Notes: generated by a model from the letters alone, not told the origin. Shown: positions 49,858-60,137, counted from the first letter of the stretch. The stretch: DNA of 64,000 nt from an uncultured Verrucomicrobiae bacterium (GCA_963702845.1 OY969763.1:384001-448000), one strand, 5' to 3'. Program-made: numbers and translations.

Positions 49858-52629
49858 TTACTTCGGCAACTTGGTGTCGAGGATGTGGCGGACTTTTTGG
49901 AGGAGGGCGTCGTTGGCGAAAGGTTTTTGGAGAAAATCCATGCCGGGACGGCCTTTGGTTTTCTGGGCAATTTCTTCGCTGGTGTAGCCGGACATAAAAA
50001 GGACTGGAGTCGGGCCGCGGGATTTGGCAATGCGGTCGGCGAGTTGCCAGCCGGGTAATTCGGGAAGCATGAGGTCGGTTATCAATAGGTCGATAGGGCC
50101 ATCGTGCGACTGGCTGAGCTCGAGGGCGGCCATGCCATCGCCTACTGCGATGATGTTGTAGCCTTTGGCTGTCAACACTTCGTAAAGCATCATGCGGACG
50201 AGTTCTTCATCTTCGACGAGTAAAATGGTTTCGCTGCCGGCGGTTTTTGTGGGCAGGGCAAGGGCTGCGCCTGCTTGTTGCGCCGCGGGTGTTGGGGCGA
50301 GTGGCAGGTAAATGGTAAAAATCGTACCGCGTCCGGGGGTGCTGTCGACGGTTATTTCGCCACCGCTTAATTGTACGATGTCCTGGACGATGGAGAGGCC
50401 GAGGCCGGTGCCCTGATTTTGATCTTTGGTGGTGAAAAATGGTTCGAAGATGCGGGCGAGCACTTCGGGATGCATGCCGCAGCCGGTGTCTTCAACGCGC
50501 AGGATGGCGTAGGAGCCGGGCTTGCGGTGAGGTGTGTTGTTTTCCAACAACTCGACGATGGCGGTTTCGATTTTGAGTTCACCTGCTCCGGCCATGGCAT
50601 CGCGCGCGTTGATGGCGAGATTCATCAGAATTTGCTGAAGCTGGCCAGGGTCAGCATGGACGCAGGGAGGAGCGTCGGTGAGTGAAATGGTTAACCGGAT
50701 CATTTCGCCGACGACGCGTTTCAACAGCTTGTTCATGTCTGTGATAACGGCGTTCAAGCTGACAACTTTTCGTTCGACGACGCGTTTGCGGCTGAAGCCA
50801 AGGAGTTGGCGCGTGAGGGAATTGGCCTGTTCAACGGAACGCTGAACCTGGGAGACGATTTCACGATTGGCATCGTGCGCGGTCATGCGTTGGAGCAAGA
50901 GATCAGTGTAGCCGAGAACAGCCTGGGTGAGGTTTCTGAAGTCGTGAGCGATGCCGCCGGTGAGCCGGCCAATGGCTTCCATTTTTTGGGCCTGCATTTC
51001 GAGTTGTTTGCGCTCGGTGATGTCGCGGACCAAAATGATTTGCAGATGGAACCAGCTAACGGTTGTTTCGGTGACGGCGATTTCAATCGGGATGACCTGG
51101 CCGCTGGGCGTGAGCGCGCCGAGTTCGAGATACTTGGTCTGGCCGAGCGGATTGTGTCTGCTGATGTGATCTTCGAAAATGGCGGCGTCCGACGCGGAAA
51201 AAAGTGTGGTAATTGATTGGCCGACGAGGGCGGCGGACTGGTGCGAGAAGATGGCTTCGGCCGCGGGATTGATTGAGCTGATGCGACCGGGCGGACTGAC
51301 GACGATGACGCCAACCATCATGTTTTCCAGGACGGCTTTAAGGCGTTCTTCGGATTCTTTGCGTTCGGTGACATCCTGGATGACGGCCTGAAACTCGGTG
51401 ATTTGGTTGGAGTCGTCGAATAAGGCGCGAGCGGTGACGTGTTGCCAGAGGATGCGGTCTTGCAGAAACGTGCGGTTATCAAAGGAGACGTGGTCGTGTT
51501 CGGGCAACAAGGCGCGGAAGATGGAGAGCGGAATGTCGCGGTCTTGTTCGGCAAGTTCCTCGAAGTAGTTGGTGCCGATGAGTTGGTCGCGGGTTTTTTC
51601 GGAGAAATGGCAGTAGGCGTCGTTGACGAAGGTGAGCATGCCATCGGGCCGGAAGCGACAGATGAGGTCGAACTGGTCTTCCACAACGCCGCGATATTGT
51701 TTTTCGCTAATGGCCAGGCGGCGATGGGCGTCATCGCGTTCCATGGCCCCGCTGCTGAGAAGGAGGGTCAAGCAACTACCAACGCCGATGTAGCACCCGA
51801 TGAGAATGAGGCTGGTGGTTTCGTTGCCGGTGTAAAAAGGGCCGTGCTGGTGGTGAAGTTCGGCAATGGCGCAGCCCGCGACTATGGCAACGGCGGTTGC
51901 TCCGCCGCGCTGTTCGAAACGCAAGGCTGCCCAGACCAAAAAAGGGAAGGGCAGGAACGCCATTGGATAATTCTTCAGGCCGTGAAATATCCAGGAATCG
52001 AAGGAGACCGCGCAACTTAAACCGAGGCCGGTAATGCATAACCCGAGTTCCAACACACGTGTGGCGTTCCATGGGATTTGGGTTCGCGCGACCCATCCCA
52101 GAATTAACGGCGCGACGAGGAGTGTTCCAAGTGCGTTTGGGACCCACCAATCGAGCAGGGCTGGGAACAAGTCGTTCCAGGAAAGGAGATGTGAATAGCA
52201 GAGGCCGACGACATTGAAGGCGGCGTTGATCGCGGTGCCAACGGCGGAAGCGAGGAGGATAAAGGCTGTGGCATCTCGTAGACGCGACATTGATTTGCGG
52301 AAACCCGCCTTCTCCAGAAGGTAGGCGCAAATGATGGCGGAGATGGTATTTCCAAAGGCAGTGGCGGCGGTGAAAAAGCCAATCGGTTTGCCACTAATGG
52401 TGGCAAAGAGCAGGGCTCCGGCAGCGACGCCGGGCCAGAAACGGTAACCGAACAATAGTATTGCAGCGACGGCAATGCCGGCCGGCGGCCAGATCAAGGC
52501 GATTTCGCCTGACATGAACGAGCCGGCGTGGCCCAGCATTCCACCAAGAAAGTAGAATGCAGTGAGGAACACCCATTGCGTTACTGAACTAAAGTTTGAT
52601 AATGATTTTTTTGTCGTGTCTGACTGCAT
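49858..52629 (-). CDS. Hybrid sensor kinase MASE1-PAS-PAS-HisKA-HATPase-REC
   Basis: IWPPAG and WAALRF MASE1 motifs, two PAS domains, AHDF, GTGLGL, C-terminal REC. Confidence 0.92.
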   Translation of the reverse strand: MQSDTTKKSLSNFSSVTQWVFLTAFYFLGGMLGHAGSFMSGEIALIWPPAGIAVAAILLFGYRFWPGVAAGALLFATISGKPIGFFTAATAFGNTISAIICAYLLEKAGFRKSMSRLRDATAFILLASAVGTAINAAFNVVGLCYSHLLSWNDLFPALLDWWVPNALGTLLVAPLILGWVARTQIPWNATRVLELGLCITGLGLSCAVSFDSWIFHGLKNYPMAFLPFPFLVWAALRFEQRGGATAVAIVAGCAIAELHHQHGPFYTGNETTSLILIGCYIGVGSCLTLLLSSGAMERDDAHRRLAISEKQYRGVVEDQFDLICRFRPDGMLTFVNDAYCHFSEKTRDQLIGTNYFEELAEQDRDIPLSIFRALLPEHDHVSFDNRTFLQDRILWQHVTARALFDDSNQITEFQAVIQDVTERKESEERLKAVLENMMVGVIVVSPPGRISSINPAAEAIFSHQSAALVGQSITTLFSASDAAIFEDHISRHNPLGQTKYLELGALTPSGQVIPIEIAVTETTVSWFHLQIILVRDITERKQLEMQAQKMEAIGRLTGGIAHDFRNLTQAVLGYTDLLLQRMTAHDANREIVSQVQRSVEQANSLTRQLLGFSRKRVVERKVVSLNAVITDMNKLLKRVVGEMIRLTISLTDAPPCVHADPGQLQQILMNLAINARDAMAGAGELKIETAIVELLENNTPHRKPGSYAILRVEDTGCGMHPEVLARIFEPFFTTKDQNQGTGLGLSIVQDIVQLSGGEITVDSTPGRGTIFTIYLPLAPTPAAQQAGAALALPTKTAGSETILLVEDEELVRMMLYEVLTAKGYNIIAVGDGMAALELSQSHDGPIDLLITDLMLPELPGWQLADRIAKSRGPTPVLFMSGYTSEEIAQKTKGRPGMDFLQKPFANDALLQKVRHILDTKLPK

Positions 52630-52941
52630 GCCAAATTCATGTTGTTTGAGGGCACACAATAGACGACGTGAGACCAGCAGGTTTGGGGCCGAATGCCTCA
52701 GTGTTTACTTGATTTGTAAGTTGTTGATTTCCTGAAACCTGTGGGCAAATCGTGATGAAAATCTTGGCGAGTTAAAATCGTTCTGTCAATTATATTGACT
52801 AACCATCTCCATTCGCCTCAGGTCATTTTAGTGTAATCTACTAACCATTTTTTGTGATGGAAGGCCTTATTCCTGCTGCTCTTACGTTTAAGAACTCGAA
52901 ACCGAGACAAACAAGCGAGTTCAAAAAAGAAGGTAGTTTTT

Positions 52942-53424
52942 ATGAAAGTTTTAGCTGGAATGGGGCTGGCTGGACAGGTGTCGGCTGGATTAAAATCCGT
53001 TTTGGTGGTGGATAATGAAGGGGAGCATTGCGCACGCATTCGCGATGAGCTGAGGAACCTAAACCTGCGCAATCATGTGCATTGTTTGACGTCGGCCGCG
53101 GAAATGATCGCGTATCTGAATGGGTTCGCGCAGTTCAGCGACCGGGAAGGGTATCCATTGCCGGCAGTGTTGCTCGTGGACCTGAATTTGCCGCTGATCG
53201 ATGGTTTTATCGTGGTGGAGTGGATCCGGTCGCATGAAAAGTTTTGTCGCATCCCGATCGTGGTGATGGGCCGAAGAGACCAGGCGGGGGCGTTGGAGGC
53301 GGCAGTCAAAGTCGGCGCGGATGCGTGGATGATGAAGCCGTTTGACCGGGCTGAATTCGAATGGATCGTGATGAAGATGCCGGTGTTGCTGGAGTTCCAC
53401 TGGGACGAAGCGGCTGACGTCTAA
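52942..53424 (+). CDS. Single-domain response regulator
   Basis: LVVD, LLVDLNLP, MKP. Confidence 0.85.
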   Translation: MKVLAGMGLAGQVSAGLKSVLVVDNEGEHCARIRDELRNLNLRNHVHCLTSAAEMIAYLNGFAQFSDREGYPLPAVLLVDLNLPLIDGFIVVEWIRSHEKFCRIPIVVMGRRDQAGALEAAVKVGADAWMMKPFDRAEFEWIVMKMPVLLEFHWDEAADV

Positions 53425-53558
53425 TGTAGTCTATTGGCTGATGTCAATACAGGTTTGACACTACATTTCAGTAGAACCCCGACAGACACGCCGTCAATTA
53501 CAGGGTATGATTTCGGAAGTTCAAACGTTCCCTACTAAGCTCAAACATCCCCAACTGT

Positions 53559-54020
53559 ATGAAACGAGTCGATGAACCTGGGGCAACAGACGGAGCGGAA
53601 GGCCTGAAAGTATTGCTTTTCGTTGAGGATGATCCTAATGACTTTCTCCTCGCGCAACGTGAGTTGCGCAAAATGAAATTACTGAACCCGGTGTGTCATG
53701 TAGCCAGTGTGGAGGAGATGGTTGCCTACATGAGCGCGGAGGAGAAGTTTTCCGACCACGAGAAGTTTCCGCTTCCGGAAGCGATTTTCCTGGATATGCA
53801 CCTGCCGAAGGGCGACGGTCTCGATGCGGCGGCGTGGCTGCGGTCGAAATTGAAATTTCGCAACATCCCCCTCGTCGCGATCAGCGGCAGTGGGACCGAA
53901 ATGCTGAAGATGGCGGTGGACATGGGCGCGCACGCCTTGATGCTGAAGCCATTCGACGCGGATGAATTTGCGAAGATCGTGTCGAGATTGAAGCTGCGGT
54001 TGGCATTTGTGGAAGATTAG
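53559..54020 (+). CDS. Single-domain response regulator
   Basis: VEDD, FLDMHLP, LKP. Confidence 0.9.
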   Translation: MKRVDEPGATDGAEGLKVLLFVEDDPNDFLLAQRELRKMKLLNPVCHVASVEEMVAYMSAEEKFSDHEKFPLPEAIFLDMHLPKGDGLDAAAWLRSKLKFRNIPLVAISGSGTEMLKMAVDMGAHALMLKPFDADEFAKIVSRLKLRLAFVED

Positions 54021-54203
54021 CGTTGGTTTGCTTCGGGAACTTTATTGGTGGCGTCAGTCAGACTACTTAACGGGCCTTCTGGGTTTGCTGATAGTTTCTT
54101 GCATACTAAATTATACACTTTTCTTGCGAAGTTGTAATCCGTAGGCTGCGCCGTGAAAACCTGCTCTTAACGCAAGGCGCTGCTGCCCAGAACAGAATGC
54201 GTT

Positions 54204-54617
54204 GTGACAAGAATTATTTTATACGTCGACGATGATAAAAACGACGCGCTGTTTGTTGAGCGCGCAATTAAGAAGGAGAAGCTCCCGGCCAAGCTGTTTA
54301 CCGTGCGCGAGGTGTGCGACGCGGCGGATTGGCTGACGGGCACCGGCAAGTTCGCCGATCCTGACAAGTATCCACGACCAGACGTTTTGATTGTGGATTT
54401 GCGCATGCCGCGGAGCAGTGGGTTTGATTTGCTGGAGTTTGTCCACGCGCGGCGACCGTTGCAGAAGATACCGGTGATTGTGTATAGCGATTCGGACAAT
54501 CCGGCAGATAAATTGCGGGCGTTTCAACTCGGTGCGAACGCGTATGTGACCAAAGCGTGGGGCATGGAGGAGTTGATGAGCTATGTGCGATCGGCGGTGA
54601 CGACTTTGCCAAAGTGA
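54204..54617 (+). CDS. Single-domain response regulator
   Basis: VDDD, IVDLRMP, GANAYVTK. Confidence 0.9.
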   Translation: MTRIILYVDDDKNDALFVERAIKKEKLPAKLFTVREVCDAADWLTGTGKFADPDKYPRPDVLIVDLRMPRSSGFDLLEFVHARRPLQKIPVIVYSDSDNPADKLRAFQLGANAYVTKAWGMEELMSYVRSAVTTLPK

Positions 54618-54721
54618 CGAACGCGCGACGAACCGGCACAATGGGGTGCGGCAATATTAATACGGCTTCTACGTCGAAAAATTTCCTGTAACCTTCTCGC
54701 TCGAACGCCTCAGTAACAGGC

Positions 54722-56965
54722 ATGAGCGATACGATGCGAATTTGTCCAAAGTGCGGCGTCCCCGTTTCACCGGAGGCGCCGCAGGGGTTATGTCCAAAAT
54801 GCGTTTTGGAGCAGGTTGCAATGGGAACGGAGGCGGGGCAGACGACGGAGCACAAACCTATGCCTCCGACGCTAGAGGAGTTGACGATAGCATTTCCACA
54901 ATTGCAGATCATCGAATTGGTGGGGCAGGGCGGGATGGGGTTTGTGTTCAAGGCACGGCAGCCGAAGCTGGAACGTTTTGTGGCGTTGAAGATTTTGCCG
55001 CAGACGCTGGCGTTGGATCCAGCATTTGCGGAGCGCTTCCAACGGGAAGCGCGGGTTTTGGCAAAGCTGAACCATCCGAACATCGTCACGATTTTTGATT
55101 TCGGACAGGCGGGCGGGTTTTTTTATCTGCTGATGGAGTTCGTGGATGGCGTCAATCTCCGGCAGGCAATGAAGCTCGGTCGATTTACGGCGGCGCAGGC
55201 GCTGGATATTGTTCCGAAAATTTGTGACGCACTCCACTTCGCGCACAACGAGGGGATTCTGCATCGCGATATCAAGCCGGAGAATATTTTGCTGGATTCG
55301 CGCGGGCGGGTGAAGATTGCGGATTTTGGGATTGCGAAGATTTTGGGCGCTGAAGCGGCAGCGGAAACGAAAGTAACTGCGCCACAGCAGGAGCACGTCA
55401 CGGGCATTGTCGGGACGCCGAACTACATGGCGCCCGAACAACGGGAACATCCAAGCGATGTCGACCAACGCGCAGACATTTATTCGTTGGGTGTGGTGTT
55501 TTACGAAATGTTGACGGGCGAGTTGCCCGTCGGAGTTTTCGCGCGCCCATCGCAAAAATCGCCGGTTGATCCTCGTGTTGATGAAATTGTATTGCGGACG
55601 TTGGAGAAAGAACGGGAGCGCCGACAGCAGAGCGCGGATGAGGTGAAGACGCAGGTGGAGACGATTGTCGAAACACCGCAGGCGCAATCGCCCCAATCCT
55701 TTTGGAAAAACGGCCACTACAATTACCGTTCAAAACAGACGTTTCTGGGATTGCCGTTGGTGCATGTCGCATGGGGAATAAATCCAGAAACCAGACGACT
55801 ACACCTCGCAAAGGGAATTGTTGCAGTTGGTCCGAGAGCGATTGGTTTAGTGGCGGTTGGCATTGAATCGTATGGTCTTTTTCCCGCAGGCGTTTTGGCC
55901 GTCGGTATAAGCCCGGTTGGGCTGTTTGCGCTTGGACTTGCTGCGGTTGGTTTGTTTTCAGTGGGGATGACCGCAACAGGTCTGGCGACGCTAGGACATT
56001 GGGCGACTGGGTTGATTAGATTTCATTCGGTGCTGTTGTTGTTGCTGGCTGTTGCAGGCGCGTTCGGTCTGAGCAGATTGATTGGATCAATTCTCACGGA
56101 TGCTTTTCGCGCGGCGAATGGAGGAGGTTCTGGCGGAACTGGCGTACCGCCGGTTATGAGCAGCGCGACACCGACGCCGCCGGATCGTTTCTGGAAACGA
56201 TTTGCAGTTGTCGTGCTCCTGTTAATTACGATTCCGATTGCGATTGCGATCATCGGGCTTCTCGCGGCAATTGCTATTCCGAATTTTGTGAGGGCGCGCG
56301 AACACGCGCAACAGTTGCGGCAATTGCAGCAGCAAACACGCGAGCCAGCGGCGCTGTTCAGTCCAGTAATCGATCCGAGCCTCGGCGATTCCGGCTATGA
56401 ACTGATCAGCACACTCGTAAAGCCGGGATATGCGGCCGTGGCGAAATTTCAGCTCATCGACGAACGGCATTCCGACGTAAAAACAATCCCAGAGTTAAAT
56501 TTCTATCTCGGAGCGCCGGCGACCAGCTCCAATGTGTCGCTGATCACAACGTGGCGCGTCGAACCTCTTACCTCCGAATCAGGCGCATGGACCATAAACG
56601 TTGAAGGCAAGCAGGTCGCGCTACGGCAGCATCAACAGGCAACGCTGGAACTCGGCAAATTGCTACCCACCGATGCGAAGATTACATTGTGGCGCGCGGT
56701 TAAACCCGCCCGCTCGTTTTGGGTCGGGCCGGGCGAATGGTCTGAAAACCAATGGTCCAGCATCCCGCTTTTTGTCGGTTTGGACGAGCAGAACAAAGTT
56801 GTTATTCGGGCCAATATCAAGCTATTCGTCTGCCCATTGCCCGCCGAGTCAGTCCGCGACTGGGCTTCGCCGGTTTGGCAACTCGGCGATTGGGAGCAAA
56901 ACAACGTGATCAAGAACGCTCTTGCACACTCACAAAAAATCGAGCAACCACATCTGAATAATTGA
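54722..56965 (+). CDS. Membrane-bound Hanks-type Ser/Thr protein kinase
   Basis: N-terminal CPKC...CPKC, GQGGMG, VALK, HRDIKPEN, DFG, GTPNYMAPE, TM region. Confidence 0.93.
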   Translation: MSDTMRICPKCGVPVSPEAPQGLCPKCVLEQVAMGTEAGQTTEHKPMPPTLEELTIAFPQLQIIELVGQGGMGFVFKARQPKLERFVALKILPQTLALDPAFAERFQREARVLAKLNHPNIVTIFDFGQAGGFFYLLMEFVDGVNLRQAMKLGRFTAAQALDIVPKICDALHFAHNEGILHRDIKPENILLDSRGRVKIADFGIAKILGAEAAAETKVTAPQQEHVTGIVGTPNYMAPEQREHPSDVDQRADIYSLGVVFYEMLTGELPVGVFARPSQKSPVDPRVDEIVLRTLEKERERRQQSADEVKTQVETIVETPQAQSPQSFWKNGHYNYRSKQTFLGLPLVHVAWGINPETRRLHLAKGIVAVGPRAIGLVAVGIESYGLFPAGVLAVGISPVGLFALGLAAVGLFSVGMTATGLATLGHWATGLIRFHSVLLLLLAVAGAFGLSRLIGSILTDAFRAANGGGSGGTGVPPVMSSATPTPPDRFWKRFAVVVLLLITIPIAIAIIGLLAAIAIPNFVRAREHAQQLRQLQQQTREPAALFSPVIDPSLGDSGYELISTLVKPGYAAVAKFQLIDERHSDVKTIPELNFYLGAPATSSNVSLITTWRVEPLTSESGAWTINVEGKQVALRQHQQATLELGKLLPTDAKITLWRAVKPARSFWVGPGEWSENQWSSIPLFVGLDEQNKVVIRANIKLFVCPLPAESVRDWASPVWQLGDWEQNNVIKNALAHSQKIEQPHLNN

Positions 56966-57708
56966 CACTATCAAAACCATCCTCTTTCGCCGACGCCTCA
57001 AGCGCCTTCGTGACGACGCACTGGACGCGGGTATTGCAGGCGCAGGGGAATTCGATGGATGCGAAGGCGGCTTTGAGCGACTTGTGCGCGGGATATTATG
57101 CGCCGGTGTTTGCGTTTGTTCGGCGCTGGACGAACGACGAAGAAGCAGCACGTGATTTGACGCAGGAATTTTTTGCGCGGTTGCTGGCGAAGAACGGCAT
57201 TGATAACGCGGATCGGCAACGTGGGCGGTTTCGGTCGTATCTGCTGGGCGCGGTAAAACACTTTCTTTCAGACGCTCGTGACCGTGATAAACGACTCAAA
57301 CGCGGTGGCGGGCAGCAGATACAATCGCTCAGCGCGTCGACGGAGACATCAACGTCGGTGCAATTGCCGGACCCGAATGCCGTTAGTCCTGACCATGAGT
57401 TTGATCGCAAATGGGCGCTGACGATTTTAGAGCGGGCGTTGCGATTGCTCGAACAGGAACACAATTCGAATGAGAAGGTGTTTGACGTGTTGAAACCGTG
57501 GTTGACTGGAGATACGGAGAATTTGAGCCAGGCGGATGCGGCGCGAGAATTGGGAATGAATGAAGCAGCCGTGAAGGTGGCGATTCATCGGCTGCGGCGA
57601 CGTTTTCGAGAGATTATCAAAAAGGAGGTTGGAGATACGTTAAATGATCCGGCGCAGGTAGAGCAGGAGTTGCAACATTTAATCAGTGCGTTGGGGGCGG
57701 GGCGTTAA
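56962..57708 (+). CDS. ECF sigma-70 family factor (kinase-associated PVC type)
   Basis: FVTTHW N-terminal motif, ARDLTQEFF, GRFRSYL, region 4 AARELGMNEAAVKVAIHRLRRR. Overlaps the kinase stop. Confidence 0.88.
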   Translation: MTLSKPSSFADASSAFVTTHWTRVLQAQGNSMDAKAALSDLCAGYYAPVFAFVRRWTNDEEAARDLTQEFFARLLAKNGIDNADRQRGRFRSYLLGAVKHFLSDARDRDKRLKRGGGQQIQSLSASTETSTSVQLPDPNAVSPDHEFDRKWALTILERALRLLEQEHNSNEKVFDVLKPWLTGDTENLSQADAARELGMNEAAVKVAIHRLRRRFREIIKKEVGDTLNDPAQVEQELQHLISALGAGR

Positions 57709-57916
57709 GGCTGAAACGGAAAACAGATGGCGGTAATGAGCATGTTTTCGTAGCGCTGCCACAGTTCATCGGCGGGGAGTGCGCTGGCTGACGCGTCGAA
57801 TTCGACGGTGACGATGGGAAGGTGTAAGGTCTCGCCTGCGTAGGAGCCGAGGGAACCATCGAGGGCTCCGACTTTACTCACCTTCAGGTCGCATGTGGCG
57901 GATATCGCTTCAGCCC
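57705..57916 (-). pseudogene. mpaA: 3' part of M14 murein peptide amidase A-like gene, separated by IS insertion
   Basis: AEAISATCDL...GSLGSYAGE...IVTVE continues the ORF at 59568-60126 in frame once the IS is removed. Confidence 0.8.
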
Positions 57917-58128
57917 CTATGAGGTTTGTCAATACGTAGTGTGCGTCGATGATATTTTTTTGAGTTGATCGCGCGGAGCGTAGTGGAACGGAGCGCAGTC
58001 GCGAGCGGTAGCGGTTGGACACTGTTCCATCGGCACGTGTCGTTCTTGGCGCGGCTTTGTTTATCTGTTCCTCTTCAAAGTTCCTTTCTTATTTTCTCTC
58101 AAAGCAGATTTCGTGAGGTTTGCTAAAT

Positions 58129-58310
58129 CGGTGTCGCCGCGTTTTGTGTGTCGGGAGATTGTCCCGCACCAGCTCCTATCCGGACAGTTGAGATAAGACT
58201 CAACGCCCACTGTGTCTTACTTGCCTGACTGCGGCGACCGGGGAGTCCGCCCCTTCTAACGGACGGATGAACGCAAGGTTCACCAGCTGCAGCTACGGAC
58301 TGGACTCGCC
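58129..58310 (-). ncRNA. Candidate bridge/seek RNA in the IS 3' non-coding region
   Basis: Two domains closed by long-range stems (GAGTCC/GGACTC and GTCGCCGC/GCGGCGAC), each with internal hairpins. Position matches IS1111-type elements. Ends approximate. Confidence 0.5.
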
Positions 58311-58374
58311 CGATCGCAAATTGTTTCACGCTCTTAACTCTGGAGGTTCTGGTCACTAAAAAATTTAATGTGGT

Positions 58375-59526
58375 TCACACTCCGATCCAGCCGAGGTCTG
58401 CCATGGTGCAACGGCCGGTTCTCCAGCGCCACAGGTCCACGGCCAGTTGCCGGGCCAGGGCGATGACGGTTTTCTTCTTCATGGCCGTGCCGGCGGCGAG
58501 TTTGGTTTTCATTTTAGCGGCGGCCTTCCAGTGCGGTTGCCACATCAGAAAGCGCCAGACCGCTTCCACCAGGATCGCTCTGACTCGTCCGTTGCCCATG
58601 CGATCGATGCTGCCGACGCGCCGTTTGCCGCCCGAACTGTGTTCGCCCGGGCAACAGCCGGTGTAGCTGCCGATCTGTTTGCGATTGTGAAAGCGCTGCC
58701 AGTCGCACACCTCGCCTTCCAGTGTCACAAGAGTGATCTCGCCAAGGCCCTTGGGCCGTGGTTGTTCTTTGACGCGCGCGATTAGTTCCTCTTCCAGTTC
58801 CTGCCGTTGTGCCTCCATGGCGACGAGGACCTCGCGGAGCTTTTCGAGAACACCGAGCAGCCATGGATCGAGCGTGGAAAGTTTTTTCCAGTTGCGCGCT
58901 CCCCACCAGCGATGGGGCAGTTTGACGTGGCTGTATTCGGCGGCTTGCCCGTGCCCGCGATTGGCGAGCATGCGAATGGCTTTGTTGAGGAACTGTCTTC
59001 GTCGCGTGCCTTCGCGCTGGCGCTGCTCTTTGTCCGAAGGAATGCGGATGGGCGCGAGTTCGTTGATGTTGCCATCGACCCAGCGGGACAGGCGCAGGCA
59101 AAGGGCGCGCGCATCCAGCTTGTCGGTCTTGCGCTGGCCGTTTAGGGCAATCGGCGTGATCAGAAAACTTTGCGCACCGGCGGCGACCAGTTCGCGATGG
59201 AGCACGAAGCCGAACCCACAACTTTCCTGCACGCAGAAAACTTGCAGGCCTTCGCCGGTCCACTTCTGAACCTGGGCGATGAGTTGCTCACGGCTGAATT
59301 TGCGCGGCGCTTGGGGTGAAGCGTGATCGCGTTGGGCTACCGCCATGATGAACTCCAGATGCACGTCCAGGCCAAGCTTGAGGGCGGGTTTGCCGGCAAG
59401 CAGCACAGGACGTGGCAAAGGCTGGCGCGGCGGCACGTTTGCCAGCTTGCCCGCGGCAGGCACGATGGTTAGGGTTGGGACTGTCATGTGGGGTTTGAGT
59501 AAATATGTTTTCATTTTCAAAAACAT
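58375..59526 (-). CDS. IS110 family transposase/recombinase
   Basis: DEDD RuvC-like motifs GLDVH, QESCG, KTDKLDA, and C-terminal YTGCCPGEHSSG...GN with catalytic Ser. Confidence 0.93.
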   Translation of the reverse strand: MFLKMKTYLLKPHMTVPTLTIVPAAGKLANVPPRQPLPRPVLLAGKPALKLGLDVHLEFIMAVAQRDHASPQAPRKFSREQLIAQVQKWTGEGLQVFCVQESCGFGFVLHRELVAAGAQSFLITPIALNGQRKTDKLDARALCLRLSRWVDGNINELAPIRIPSDKEQRQREGTRRRQFLNKAIRMLANRGHGQAAEYSHVKLPHRWWGARNWKKLSTLDPWLLGVLEKLREVLVAMEAQRQELEEELIARVKEQPRPKGLGEITLVTLEGEVCDWQRFHNRKQIGSYTGCCPGEHSSGGKRRVGSIDRMGNGRVRAILVEAVWRFLMWQPHWKAAAKMKTKLAAGTAMKKKTVIALARQLAVDLWRWRTGRCTMADLGWIGV

Positions 59527-59567
59527 CGTGACCCCGTGTGGGGCTGCGACTCAACCCTTCATGACAT

Positions 59568-60126
59568 CTAATGCTTTGGCGTGGTCTGGGCCATCGTAAT
59601 CGATGCAGGTGAGCGGTTGGTGCAACGAGATGATTCGGGTCGGCTTGTATTTGGCGATTAACGCGTATAAGGCGCGGCTTTCCGGTTCGGAAAGAGGTTT
59701 TGCACCATGGTCGGTTTGCTGATTCCAATTCTTTGCAGGGAAATTGCGATTTAGGTCGATGCCGCGAATGTTGCGGCGTTGTTGATGAAACGCACCGTCG
59801 GGATTTGCTTCCGGCACGAGCAGGACGCGACGGTCTGTCAGGGTCGCTGGATGATCGCGCAGGAATTCGCCGAGGCGCTGCAGGAGTGGCGTGCCGACGT
59901 GTTCATTGCCGTGAATGCTGGCAAGGATCAGCACGGTCTCGGAAGTCTTTTTACTTTTGCCGAAGATATCGCACCCGATTGGCCGGCCTTCGACTGACTT
60001 GCCGATGACAATGTACTTCGAGGATGGGGTGATGTCATTGGCAGGACTCTCGCATCCGGAAAGATATGCCGATGCTACGACCAGTCCGAGGGATGCCAAC
60101 TTTCGGTTTGCAGTTTTATTTTTCAA
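59568..60126 (-). pseudogene. mpaA: 5' part of M14 murein peptide amidase A-like lipoprotein, interrupted by IS
   Basis: LSG-C lipobox, GKSVEGRPI, IHGNE, NPDG, DLNRNFP, SEPE, ISLHQP, IDYDGP. Confidence 0.85.
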
Positions 60127-60137
60127 CCCAGGCTTAT

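Larger units (their letters stand above)
57917..59567 (-). mobile_element. IS110 family (IS1111-like) insertion sequence, about 1.65 kb
   Basis: Transposase, TAG at both junctions, imperfect sub-terminal inverted repeats (ATGAAGGGTTG vs ATGAGGTTTG), long 3' non-coding end, clean interruption of mpaA. Confidence 0.88.

Noticed and set aside
57917..58356. Minus-strand ORFs 58123-58356 and the 5' part of 57705-58022
   Set aside because: They lie in the IS non-coding end. Only the part below 57917 is genuine mpaA sequence.
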